Assembly: GCA_048013815.1 (NCBI GenBank)
Contig: CM106586.1
Location: 11,904,001-11,968,000, forward strand
Direction of reading: 5' to 3'
DNA length: 64,000 nt
Source: Setoptus koraiensis
Lineage: Eukaryota > Animalia > Arthropoda
Both the position numbers and the translations under genes were made by a program. Below the pieces are notes generated by a model. That model did no database searches and was not told the origin of the DNA. It saw only the letters and a list, made by a program, of their open reading frames with translations. Positions 46,643 through 59,112 of this stretch are shown here, in pieces. Numbering within the stretch: position 1 is the stretch's first letter; each line of letters opens with the position of its first letter.

Positions 46643-49282
46643 ATGAAAGAACAAGAAAAACTGTTAAAAAAGCTGGAATTTAAGAAGAACTTCAAGATTC
46701 AAGTTAAGAATCACAAAGAACATGATCATATATTCAAGAATCTTCTCGGACAACATATCGAGCGCACGGTGCGCCACGATATTGTTGACACGTTTTGGGC
46801 CCATTTACCTGCCCAACCGACGGACAATTTATATGAGCCCCTCATGAAGGCAGTGGAATTCCTCTACAAATCAAGCAAAGCTATCTATCAGTCAGCCCAA
46901 TTTAAGCGAACTAACGATAATGAGAAGCTACGCGAGAAAATACGAAAACACATCCATGTCCATATACTATCTACTATGCCTCATCATACAAATATTTATT
47001 TATTGGAAACCTACTCACAGGCATTTAAGGCATTCTTAAATTTAGTCAAGATGCAAGCAAGGCAACAAAAGAGAGATAATTTAAAGCAACAACAAGATGA
47101 AGAAAACAGCCCTTCGCCATCTCCCTCAATGGAGGTGGACGAAAATACAGATCTATCCGCCTCAGTGATGAATACCTCCGTGGACGAGGACGACTACGAT
47201 GATTTCGCAGATAATTCTGCAGATGAAACTGGAAATGATGCAGAATTCATGGCGAGCAATAAGAATAGGAATATCTGTAGAGGGTGTGATAAAACAATAT
47301 CTGACGACAGAGAAGATTACAGTCAGTGCGTTTGTCAATCTATTTATGATCAATTCTGTCAGATGAATGATCAACTAAGAGATCTCGGCTTATTAAGTCA
47401 ACTAGTTGGTGACGCTGTTATATCAGTTGTGAAAAAATTCACCGAAAAGAGAATACGCAAAAAATGTAGCGCCAATTTTTCATCGTCATTCATAAATGAA
47501 TTGAGTGCTTGGGTCGAGGACACAGTTATTTGTTGGATAAGAGAGGTTTATGGTCAGCAGAAGCCCAGACTCTGTTCAAACGCAGCTTCAACAAATAGTA
47601 AAAAGCAGCATGGAAGGAACCAGGCAGCAAGTAATTGCTTGTTCAAAGAGTTTCGTGATAGCGAGGACAGTGGTAAAGCAATCAAATTGGTTGAGGAGCG
47701 TCTAAACTATTTCTTATACAACACCTACGCGGACATTCGTGTTCAGCAACTTTTTGACATCATGTTAGATTACCCATATTCTGAGGCAGCCATTCGAGAT
47801 TTGAGAAATTGTCTAGATCAATCGGCGTCACCTAGTTTTAGATTAAGTCTTATATCATCGTTAAAGCAGTCATTTGTCAAGCGGTTGTTGCACCCGGGTA
47901 TCAATACAACTGATATACTTACTGCTTATATATCGGCTATCAAAGCACTGAGAGCCCTAGATCCTAGTGGTTTGATTCTTCAGCTGGTGGCCGAGCCAGT
48001 TCGTAAATATCTCAAGTCGCGCGATGATACAGTCAGATGTATAATTACCGCTCTAACAGATGAAAAAGACTCAGAACTGAAAAAGGAAATGATCAAGTCT
48101 AGCTCACAAGCAAGCGACAGTTGTTCCGATGGTCAGGGTACATCTTCTGCGATGAACTATATAGACTGTGATGGTGAGAAGATAACTAGTGAGAATTGGC
48201 ACAAATGGAAACCAGACCCCATTGACATTGGTTCAACTATTGAAGAGCCACTTAAGACGAATAGATCATCAGATGTTGTGTCCATTTTGGTGAATATTTA
48301 TGAAAGCAAGGATCTCTTTGTAGAAGAATATCAGAAGCTATTAGGGCAACGTTTACTAACAAATTTCAAGAATGGCAATCTGTATCCAGAGATACAAAAT
48401 TTGGAACTATTGACATTAAGGTTTAGCGATTGTGAGCTGCATCGTTGTGAAGTGATGCTCAAAGATATTCAAGAATCTCATCGTATTAATAAGAGAATAG
48501 CTAGCGGAGAAATTGTTGGTTGTGAGTTGACAGATTTTAAAGACTTCGAGGCAATCATTGTTTCGTCATGTTTTTGGCCAGAAAAATCTGGACTTCATTG
48601 TTCCATTAATGACGACGTACCCAATATCAAATTTCCATCTAATATTGAGGCAGCCATAGAGAGATATACAAAGGCATTTGAGACTATCAAGGGTAGTCGA
48701 ACATTATTGTGGCGTCATCATTTAGGTGAGGTTGATCTCAATTTAGAGATTGGTGGACAAAGTTACAACTTTAAGGTATCGCCATTGCATGCCGCCATAA
48801 TATATCAATTCGAACAAAAGCCATCATGGAAGTTGAGTGAATTGGCTCAAACAATGTCCCTGCCAACATCCATGCTGAGATTCAAACTGACATTATGGAT
48901 TAGGAGTGGTATTATTAGGAAGCAAAAAGAGGACACGTATGAGCTAATAGATGAACAAGCATCAAACATCATAGCTCTCAACAATCAGAATGGTGCCGAT
49001 CTAATAAATCCCGATTTGAGCAATGATTTAAGTAGATCAAACGCTAATATTCAGGAGGTTCATAATGATGACTTTACAAATTCATGGATATTTATAATGA
49101 CTATGTTGAGAAGTATAGGCGGATTAGAATTGGATAGAATAGACAAATACTTGGACAGACTGGATACAGTGAGGAAGATGTCGAGAGAGGAATTGAAACA
49201 GCAGCTACAAGCGAAAATAGATGCGGGCCAATTGATGTTCGATAAAGAAGATTGTAAATATAAGCTAGTTGATAATAAATGA
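46643..49282 (+). CDS. ANAPC2: Anaphase-promoting complex subunit 2 (cullin-like), intronless
   Basis: RLLHPGINTTDILTAYISAIKALRALDPSG, VRKYLKSRDDTVRCII, WKPDPID, LVNIYESKDLFVEEY, CEVMLKDIQES; C-terminal WHB-like region. Confidence 0.93.
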   Translation: MKEQEKLLKKLEFKKNFKIQVKNHKEHDHIFKNLLGQHIERTVRHDIVDTFWAHLPAQPTDNLYEPLMKAVEFLYKSSKAIYQSAQFKRTNDNEKLREKIRKHIHVHILSTMPHHTNIYLLETYSQAFKAFLNLVKMQARQQKRDNLKQQQDEENSPSPSPSMEVDENTDLSASVMNTSVDEDDYDDFADNSADETGNDAEFMASNKNRNICRGCDKTISDDREDYSQCVCQSIYDQFCQMNDQLRDLGLLSQLVGDAVISVVKKFTEKRIRKKCSANFSSSFINELSAWVEDTVICWIREVYGQQKPRLCSNAASTNSKKQHGRNQAASNCLFKEFRDSEDSGKAIKLVEERLNYFLYNTYADIRVQQLFDIMLDYPYSEAAIRDLRNCLDQSASPSFRLSLISSLKQSFVKRLLHPGINTTDILTAYISAIKALRALDPSGLILQLVAEPVRKYLKSRDDTVRCIITALTDEKDSELKKEMIKSSSQASDSCSDGQGTSSAMNYIDCDGEKITSENWHKWKPDPIDIGSTIEEPLKTNRSSDVVSILVNIYESKDLFVEEYQKLLGQRLLTNFKNGNLYPEIQNLELLTLRFSDCELHRCEVMLKDIQESHRINKRIASGEIVGCELTDFKDFEAIIVSSCFWPEKSGLHCSINDDVPNIKFPSNIEAAIERYTKAFETIKGSRTLLWRHHLGEVDLNLEIGGQSYNFKVSPLHAAIIYQFEQKPSWKLSELAQTMSLPTSMLRFKLTLWIRSGIIRKQKEDTYELIDEQASNIIALNNQNGADLINPDLSNDLSRSNANIQEVHNDDFTNSWIFIMTMLRSIGGLELDRIDKYLDRLDTVRKMSREELKQQLQAKIDAGQLMFDKEDCKYKLVDNK

Positions 49283-49477
49283 TCAATGAAGCCTCTGCTT
49301 TCGATGCAAACAAACAGCCATTGCTCAGTGCCAACTGTTGCTGGTATAAAAAGAGAATTGATTCCTGAATGAAAGTTCAATTATCAAAATGTTTCTTCCA
49401 GTGACGTACAAGACTCTATATTGTGGTATACTCATTTTAGTTTATCATTTGTCGTATTGGAACACAGTAGACGGACT

Positions 49478-50013
49478 ATGTTTCGGTAAGTGCTGAGTTG
49501 GGCACAGTAGTCGCGGACAATAAACATACGAATGAACAAACAAATTCTATTTAAATAGTTTATTTAACATTATGAATCAATTTTAGGTGTCATGTGCACT
49601 TTATCACCTTTTGTGGCTAAATTTTGTTGCGAGAATTATAACAGATGCTGTCTGGAATTTCAAGAATGGTAAGTATCTATAAACTATAGGCGCGCGATAT
49701 CTGACATCAATCTCTATCCTGTGATCAACGGCTTACCAATAAAAACTTGCAACTTGTAAGGCTTATGCCTCTTCTCACCATGCCCGAGGGCCTAGCTGGC
49801 GGTCAGTATCCGGGCCCCATCGGAGGTCCCGGTGCCATTGGTGGATTTAACGGAATGGTTGGTCCGTCTTTTTCTAGGCGCAATTATTTTGTCGATGGAT
49901 TGCAACAGAGTTCGTCCCAGCCAGCAGGTAGCAAAACAATGCCAACATTGAGCAGTCCCATAGGTGGTCAACCGTGGCCAAGTGCAACCAACAATAGCCT
50001 TATTAAGATATAA
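49478..50013 (+). CDS. Putative 94-aa three-exon microprotein (49478-49485, 49645-49668, 49761-50013)
   Basis: Two consensus GTAAGT donors and AG acceptors join in phase to give MFRCCLEFQEWLMPLLTMPEGLAGGQYPGPIGG...IKI*. Confidence 0.5.
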
Positions 50014-51445
50014 CAACAACAAAAATAGCTTTTTGGAACAATACTACACTACCATTAGTTGGGAGCTGCGACCGGACTGGTGAATATCATCGGGTTGCGT
50101 CGTCGTTGCATCCGATGAAGTTATATATTTACAATTATTATTATCATATATTCAGCTACATCATCAGCGGTATTTATTTAAACAGATCTTATAAATTCAT
50201 AATGATACGTTATCAATCAATAGAAGGCCAACATGTTCTCGCATGACGCGTTTCGTGTATCCAAGCTGTTCGAGTAATCCTTTTGTGAGAAAGAATTGAG
50301 GCTACCAAAGGCTCTCTCTATCTGCTTGTGTCTCTTTCTCTGGTTGAACACTCTCGCGATTGTGCACTCGGCGTGCTACATGCCATATAGTGTGCTCATA
50401 TGCCATATAGTAGGCAAGACAAAGTGTTTCTTTTCTTATTATGTGTCTTATTATGTGTATCTTGCATATCTGCTACTTATCTGGCCGTATGATAAGACTT
50501 TATGAGCGAGTTAGATAAAGTTCATTGTGAAGCACTTTCACATGAGCGCACCGGTTCGTGTGTTTGTGAAAATTCTCACAGTAATTAGCCTAGATCTTCG
50601 CCGTATGAACCATATATACAGTTGAATAATATGCACAAGATATTTTTAGGATAGAGAGAGAGAGGGAGCGAAAAAATTACAAACAGTCTTGTTTATATGC
50701 TGGTCACCCATGGATTAGTCACTCAAAGCAACAGATACATCACACATAAACGATGTGTATGTATAAATATGCATGTAGCCATCATATGATAACTGTTTAA
50801 AACTGTCCAGTTATTCATCATTACTACATTACGTAATGCTGCTGCTGGCTGGCTGGCTGGTTAGATTTTGATGACAAGTGCAGTGAGAGCGTGACAATTC
50901 TAAATTTATTGTGTTGCTTATGTAAATGCACTTGTTGTTGCATTCGCACAACAACAGCAACAGCGGCATGTGTTTCAGAGCTGGCCAACGAAATGTTAGA
51001 AATGCCAATTGCTTGCTTGGTAAGTCACGAGTACCAGTGCATAATTAACTGGATCGTATGCATTACAATTTGGGTCATTCTGGCATCTGGTTGTGCCAGT
51101 GCATCAAGTGTCGCCAGAGAGAGGGAGGAAAGTTGTCCAAATTGAGTGCACTTGTTGTTTATATCCGTTCGCCAGCATCATGTTTTAGCTGAATGCATGT
51201 GTCACATGTGCGTTACCTTTCCAAAATAGACAACAAATGTGTATTTACCTAAATCACACTAACGCCGTAACGATGGGGTATACGTTTCAATTGAACCGAC
51301 ACAGTTGGTTTTGTATCAGCTGTGGCCAATAGTCGCATCGAGTGTATTTCACAAAATTCTCGTCAGCAGGCAAAGAAAGTTTACAGTTAAACAGTTACAT
51401 AATTCTCGTTTGGCCAGTCCGCATCAGGCATCAAATTAGCACCAC

Positions 51446-51486
<41 letters not shown>

Positions 51487-52837
51487 GCAGCGTAATAAAC
51501 GCGCGCGCAAATAATCAGATAAATCTAATGACAGCCTAGATCATTATCGTGGATCGTGTGAGCCACGGCGGCTATTATTGGCTTTAAACACTGCTCACTT
51601 GTGAGTGTGATATATGGCTGCAAATCGTTGTTGTCTCGTCTTGAATTGATTATTATTCTGTTCAATGTTGCACTATGCGCTGATTTACCGCAAAACTGGA
51701 CAACTCGCTGCCAGTTTTAAAACTGTTAAAAACTGTGCTCGCTAGCAAGTGCAACAAGTGTAAGAGCGAAGCGTTTTTTCTTTCTTTCGTCTTTTTTATA
51801 TTATTATATTTTATATTATTATGTAGTGGCCATGTAACATAAACACTAACGGTTGCATTGTGACGGATTGTGACGGCAAGCGGCGACGGTTCGTTGACCT
51901 GTGATGCTAATGTCACAAGTGTGTGCTGCAGTTGATATAAATACCGTGGTGATGATGATTGCTAAGAGCAATGTGATAAGAGGACCAATGACAATTAGAT
52001 ATATCCAGCAAGTGATCGCAACAACAACAGCGCCACTGTCACCTGTGCAATATGCGCAATATACGCAATATATGCAATTATATGCAGACCTCAAGATTGG
52101 CTCGTCGGCTGGAATGCAACATCGAGCTGTCGTTGTCGTTGCCATCAACGCCTTAAGTTGGCCATGAGGAAGAGAGGCGCCACTGTCGTTGTGTGTCTCG
52201 GGACGTTGCATTGACTGGACCAGTTTCTGTGGGCAGATTCTGTCAGACGATGCAAATTACTTTCACAGGTGAGTTGCGTAACAGCACTGTTGTTGGCCGA
52301 CGCTAACAAGTTGCAAGCGTGTTATGTAAGCTTATAAGCTTATGAGCTCATAAGTTTATAAGTTGCGAGCAGGCAAAAACAAAAGCTGGCCAGAGCTGGA
52401 GCGTTTTTGCAGCACGACAACATCGCTGCTGATGACAGACCGTGTTTAGCGATTGCATCACCAATACGTTAATAGCATGCCCGCGATGCCCAACAATCAT
52501 CTGCTCACCTGAGATTGCTCACTCATGTGTTGTTGTTGCAGATAGCGTTAGATTGATAGATTGACAATTTGGCATGGACGCAACACTGGCAGCGGAACAA
52601 TTTGCATCGCTTGTTGTTGTTCATTTATGCAGACAATTGGCATATTGTCTGCATAAATGTGCAATGGCGATGCAAACAATGGCAGTTACTGTTTGTTCAA
52701 GTTTGCCCGGGATGCCGCTGTCGATAATGTATGGTGTTGGCACTTTCTTCAATCAATTTGTGGCCAATTTGCATCTTGGCGACTCCATGGCTCCTGTCGG
52801 ATACAAACTGTAAGCCCCTAATCAGAGCTCATCACTC

Positions 52838-52927
52838 GCGAATCAGCGAATCAGCGAATCAGCGAATCATTGGCGAATCGGTGGCTCAGTCGCGAATCAG
52901 CGAATCTCTCGCGAATCGGAGAATCGG
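52838..52927. repeat. 8-bp tandem repeat (GCGAATCA)
   Basis: gcgaatcagcgaatcagcgaatcagcgaatca plus degenerate copies. Confidence 0.85.
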
Positions 52928-53306
52928 TAGAGGCTCAAATTCGAAATGAGCGAATGAAATAAAATGATGTGATCACAAGTGGCGCGTCACTTATCATTTT
53001 GTTTGTAATGCATTTTGCGAACAAAGCAACAGGCTAAATTGTTTCGCTCGGGCAGCGCACTTTTATTTTATACTTTTATATCACCTGACTAGTTTATATA
53101 GCTGGCGAGTAATTTATATAAGCCGTCAGCAGACACAATCAACACACTGATGATCGCGCACAAGCAACAGGTATCAATAGCGACTTGTACAGCGCAAAAT
53201 AGGCAAGGCATAGAAGGTATGTGTGTGCAATTAGCTGGCGAGCTAATGTCAGCTTGGCAAGACAAGCGGCAAGACGGCGGCGCAACAACAAGTGCTGCCG
53301 TGTGAC

Positions 53307-53400
53307 GACAATGTTGTGCAACAATGTTGTGCGACAATGTTGTGCGACAATGTTATGCGACAATGTTATGTAACAATCCTATGCGACAATGTTATGCGAC
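53307..53400. repeat. 13-bp minisatellite (GACAATGTTRTGC), ~7 copies
   Basis: gacaatgttgtgc / aacaatgttgtgc / gacaatgttatgc units in tandem. Confidence 0.88.
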
Positions 53401-55364
53401 GAGACAGCCAGAGGCACAGCTTGCATGTTAGCATCCTTCATTATGTTCGTCCGTTATATTATTATCATTATTACGCAACTGGCCAGTAGCCGGCTGACAA
53501 ACACATCGCTAGAGTGACAGACGGAGAGAGATTTATCCGCGAAGCATGCATACGCATATCGTATGGCGCGGCGTATGGCATCCCTCGCAGTGCGCAACGG
53601 TTTGCATCACACATTTTATTGGAGCGTTGAGAGTGTGTCCACTGTCATAACTCACCTGACGCTAGCTGCGAAAACATGAATAACTAACTGTCATTGAGTC
53701 ATTGGTAGTGGCGACAATTCACTGCTCGCATGACAACCGAGGCAGCCGAAACAGCCGAGACAGCGACAACAACGACAGCAGCAACAACAGCAACAGCGAC
53801 AACAACAACAGCAACAACAGCAACAGCGACAACAACAACAGCAACAACAGCGACAACGACAACATCAGAAGCAACAACAACATCAGAAGCAGCAGCGACG
53901 ACGACGAATAGTCGCGCTTATTTGCACAACAACGTTATAAAACAAACAACTGGACAACAATAATAATTAACTGAAAACAATCATTTAGTTTAGCCGAGTC
54001 AACAACAACAACAACAACAACAGGTAACTTTCTCATAGTTGTCATAGCTGGCGCATTGGTGGCGTCGCTGGCACCGGTCTCAGGTATCGCACTGGTCGCA
54101 GGTATCGCAGGTATCATTAGGGAGACAATGCCGCCCACCGAGTGTGTCGTTTTTTGATCCCGTTCGTTTTGGCCCGCATCGAGATTTAGATCAACAAGAT
54201 TAGGGCATGCGATGATGATTTCCACCACTGGACAGGTTTAGTGAGCAATTGTTTGTCGCGCAGAAGAAACAATTTCTTTATTTCGTCGTCTCGTCCACGG
54301 TGTTGCCTTGTCGTCGACGCCAACACTGCACCAACCAACCAACCGACACTCAACCAACACTCAACCAACACCGAACCAACACTGAACCAACTGTAAAATA
54401 ACGCTGAACAGTTAATAAGATCCGTCAATTAGACTGCACAACAATGCACTTGCAAACAGCCACCGTCCGATTCACGTCAGCGGCAAGTGGTCAGCAGCGC
54501 AAACACAATTAACGTCAGTGCAAGCAATTTTGACAATTAGCAATTTGATAATTGACAATTTGATAACTGACAATTGCATAATCAACAACAGTTTGACAAT
54601 TGTCGCATTCGTCTATTTGTGTGGCATACAACACAATACAACACAACACAATTCAATACACGAGCGGCCAATCAAATAACAGCCATCACTGACAGCAGCA
54701 AGATAAATGATCGCTCAACAGTGGCTCACAATAGAAAAAGTGCCCACAAAAGTATCCATCAACAACACACACCAAATCGCCACAGTTTGCACTGTCATCA
54801 CCGTAATAATACTGACAATCAGTGTTCACAACATAATCAACAACCAGCCACAACAACACAGTCGCTGTGAGGCAACTTTGAGCGAGCCCGTTGAAGTAAA
54901 ACTTGATGGCCTCTCAACAAAACCATCGGCCTCATTACATAAGCTGGCAAGCTGGGCCCCTGACAACCACGAGTTGTGCTGGCCAAAAACAACAACAACA
55001 ACACACACACGAGCAGAAGCGGTCTCGCTATTGCAACAGTCGGCCAGCAGCGTCTCTAGTGGCCAAAAGCAGCAACAATTCAACTTGTTTGGCCTCACCA
55101 TTAAATCGCCAACATCTGATCACAACAACAGAACAACAAGCCAAACAGCATTGTCAAATTGTCAGTCTGCCCATTCAGTCTGCCTCAACTATCAAGCGAA
55201 GAAGAAGAAAATTGCACTCATCGCATTGTTGTCCACTGCTGGCGTTGGAATCAAGCGAACCGGAAGTGGCGAGCAACAAATCACAGCAGCTTCAAAAAGT
55301 GACAGCGGCAAAGCATCAACAGCAAGCTTACACAACAAGTGTTCGAGTGTTTATAAACGGCACA

Positions 55365-58300
55365 ATGCTTCTAAATATCCTCTTACTTTTCATGTACCTT
55401 CCTCCTGGCTTGACGCTGACAGCCAACGCGCAGCATCTATCTCAGGCCCAACAATCGCCACAAATCCAATCGCAACCTCAGCAGCAATCGCAGCAATCAC
55501 AGCAGCAACAAACTACAAACTCGCCACAACTGTTGACGTCGGCCTCAAATCAGCTCGACTCAATAGCGGCCCAATTGGCCTCGCTGCAACAACAGCAACA
55601 GCAACAACAGCAGATCAACCAGAATCAGCAAGACATATTGACGAGCCAATATTTAAATACTCTCACCAGTCAATCGTTTTATCATCCGAATCACAATTAC
55701 CAGCAGCCAACAACAGCAACAGCGCCAGCATCGCCAACAACCACAACAACGCCGGCCAGCATCGCCACAAGCGCCCCTACTGGTCAACAGCAGCAGCAGC
55801 AACAACAATCCAGCTTGTTTGCATCATCAACTGGCTCAATTGGTTCGCCTGGTATCTCGGCGTCGGCCAGCTCGCTTCCGTCGTCTACTTCATCGTTGTC
55901 GTCGGGCGTGTTGCCGCGACAATCTCAGCAGCAGCAGCAGCAACAGCAGCAACAACAACAGTCAAACAACGATGACAAATTCTCCATCGGTTTGGGCATT
56001 CTGTCGCCCGGTTACACGCAGAAAATCGGAGCGGACGGTCGGTCAAAACTGGACTTCAACCAGGACAAAAATGGCTACTCGTTCACGCTGACCAATGCGG
56101 CCCACTCGCCGCAACAACAACAATTGCAACAACTGCTGGCCCAACAGCAACAACAATTGCAACAACTGCAACAACAACAGCAGCAACAGCAGCAGCAGTA
56201 TCCAGCGCTCGGCAACAATCAACAACAGGTACCATTGCTGACAAATCCCTTTGCCGCCGCTGCTGCCCTCTATCATCACCAGCACCATCACATGGGTGGT
56301 GCGGGCAATTCGCCGCTGACCGCCGGAAGCATGCAAACGGCCGGCTCGTCGCCAGTGCCCACCACTGTCAGCTTGAGAGGAAGCGCATTACGCAACGCCA
56401 TTGCCTCGTCGTTGTTTGCCGCTGGCTCAACAGGTGGCGGACAATATCTTAGAAAGGTTGGCCTCGAATCTCGATCTTCCAACTCTGACAATTCTGACAT
56501 TCTATTCGATGTTCGTATGCCCGTAACTGACCCCATTAACTGTCTGACCGTCACTGATTGTTCGCGAGTTCGTGTCGTTCGCTCGTGATTGTTGGCCTGG
56601 TTGTGATGCTCGTCGTTGTGGTGCCAACAGCAACAACAGCAACAACAACAGCAACAACCGCGACGACGACGACAAACTCATCTCTCTCTGTCTCTGTCTC
56701 TCGCTCTGACCAAGTCACTCGTCGACTAAAACTAATTGTAACGATCAATTTGCTTTGTTTCAACTTTTTGCCCATCGCAGCAGGATGACCCGAAGGCCTA
56801 TTCATCGCTCCTATTTTCCGTAAGTTTTCAAGTTTGCCCCAACGGGCGCCTTCGGTGCGCCCTCTACCTCTCGCAACGAGTCAGTCTCGTTTGACTGGCT
56901 CATTATGAGAGTGACTCTATCTCGTTTTACTGCCAATTTTGCTCACTGACCAACTCCAAATCTGCCCAAATCACCTGTTAACAACCCGTCGCCGTTGATC
57001 GCCGCTCATCGCCGTTAATTGATCACCGTGCCGCGTGATTGATCCATCAATCAGTCTGGCGCCAACTCCTCGCCCACCTATGCGAGCCTCTATTCGCCCT
57101 CATCGTCCGCCACGGGCTCCGCTTCCGCCACCGGCTCCTCAACGACATCTAACGGTGGCGCCACACAACAACAGGCCTCGGCGTCCACTATAAGTCAGCA
57201 GCAGCAACACGCCAATCACCAGTACCCGGTATCATCGTCACTCACCAGCTCCAACAGCCAACTCAATTCGCCCTCTACTGGCGCCTACACTCAGACCAAT
57301 CAGAACAGCCAAAATCAATTGGCCAGCCTGTTTGGAGCAACAAACAACAATTTGCTCATACCATCCACAGGGGGCGCCTCTCTATTTCAGCAACCCACCA
57401 CTGCCTCTCCTTACGGGCCGGCAACGTGGGCCCAATTGACCGCAGCGGCCAACCAATATCTCGCCGCCAATCCGACCCCAAACGGCGCACCGTCGCAATC
57501 GAACGCCCTGCTATCGTCGCGCCAATCGTCGCCCTATTTGGGCTCCGCCGCATTCAATGCGCTCAATCCGTACGCGGCCGCCTCCATGAGCTCGCCCTAC
57601 GCTGGAGGCGCCACCGGTACCCGTCAAGCAATGATTAATCCTTATTTGGCCATGGCCCAATTGCAAGCAGCAGCGGCTCAGGTTTACGGTACAAGTAGCG
57701 CACCCGGCCCGTACAGCGCCACAGGTACCCAGCAGGCAACTGGGGCAGCGCCACTAAGCGGTTCAAATGGTTCGGCGTCTACGGGCAACAGTTTGGCCAG
57801 CCAGTCGGCGCTGGCCGATTACGCAAGCCTGTTCTCGCCCCAATACAACCCGTTTGCAGCCTTTTACGGGGCGCGCAACTCGCAAACTGGACAAACCGGC
57901 GGCACCACGCCCCAATTGGGCTCGCTCGGATACTCGGGTAGCGGTTACAACAGTGTACCGTTTGATGCGGCCACCGCATCGTCGGTCTGGTCCAGCCTAT
58001 ACAGCCCGACCGGTCAAACCGGCGGCGGATACTCGCCCGGCGGCACCACATCCAGCTACAACGGCTACCTGTCGCCCTCGTCTCTGGCGGCTCTGTACGG
58101 ACTGGGCGCGTACGGCGACCCAAGCTCGTCGAGCTCGCTGTACGCGTCGGCATCGTCGCCCTACGGCTTGGGCTCTTACGGCTCGGGCTCTTACGGCTCG
58201 GGCTACGGCGGCCACTCCTCCAACCCGTACGCCTCTCTGTACGCGTCCGCTTCGTCGCCCAGTTACGCAACAAGTGGCGCCTACGGCTCGGGCTACTACG

Positions 58301-58695
58301 GAGCGGGCTCGTCGTTGACGGGAGCCTCATCGTTGTACGGGTCCGCGTCGAGCCCCTATTCGTCGTACAGTTCCCCGTATGGCTCGTCATCGTCGCTATA
58401 TTCGTCGCCGTCGTCGCTGTCGTCGCTATATTCGTCGTTGTATTCATCGCCGTCGTCGCTATCGTCACTGTACTCGTCGGCGGGCGCCGGCTACGGATCC
58501 GGATCATCGTCACACTCGGGCTCGTCGGGCGGCGGCACCCGTTACTCGATAGCGCCTCTGTTTGGCTCGTCATCGTCGCCCTACTACAACTATCTCAATC
58601 CGTACGGCTCAAGCGGGGGCGGCCTCAAGTCGAGCCTGTTGGGCGGCAAAGTGGGACTCGGACTGGGTCTGGCCGGACTGAGCTTGTTGGGTTAG
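55365..58695 (+). CDS. Large low-complexity secreted protein (~920 aa; exons 55365-56456, 56781-56819, 57055-58695)
   Basis: Signal peptide MLLNILLLFMYLPPGLTLTANA; Q-rich N-half; phase-0 joins through a 39-nt exon (QDDPKAYSSLLFS) with a GTAAGT donor; S/Y/G/A-rich C-half; hydrophobic end GLGLGLAGLSLLG*. Confidence 0.62.
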
Positions 58696-59037
58696 TTGAA
58701 CGGGTTGATTACGGGGTTCGCCTGGCGGGCAAAGTGTGCATCAATGTTTGGTCAATTGTCAGGTTGAATATGCGCCCCAATTGTCATGTTAATTGTCGAG
58801 CGACTTGAACACTAGACGGCGCACTGAGCTTGCAACGCGCCACGCAGGCCCCCGATTATTATACAATTAATTATTTGTGAGTGTGTGTGTGTGTTGTTCA
58901 CTATTCCTATATTATCATCTTCGAAACCAATCAATTGTCAGCCGGAGCACACACACACACCTATGATATAGGTCACCTATGATAGGAGCAGGATCTATGC
59001 GAATGTCGATGCGATTCATGCAGACATGACACAATCA

Positions 59038-59112
59038 CAATCACGGCGACACGACGCAATCACGGCGACATGACGCAATCACGGCGACACGACGCAATCA
59101 CGGCGACTCGAC
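59038..59112. repeat. 19-bp minisatellite (CAATCACGGCGACACGACG), ~4 copies
   Basis: Direct tandem units with no unique spacers. Confidence 0.9.

Noticed and set aside
54707-55975. 422-aa ORF overlapping the secreted-protein ORF in another frame (dual coding)
   Set aside because: CAA/CAG-rich sequence is intrinsically stop-poor, and only the other frame has a signal peptide and phase-consistent splice sites.
59038-59112. CRISPR-like repeat array
   Set aside because: The units are contiguous with no unique spacers, the context is eukaryotic and there are no cas genes; it is a minisatellite.
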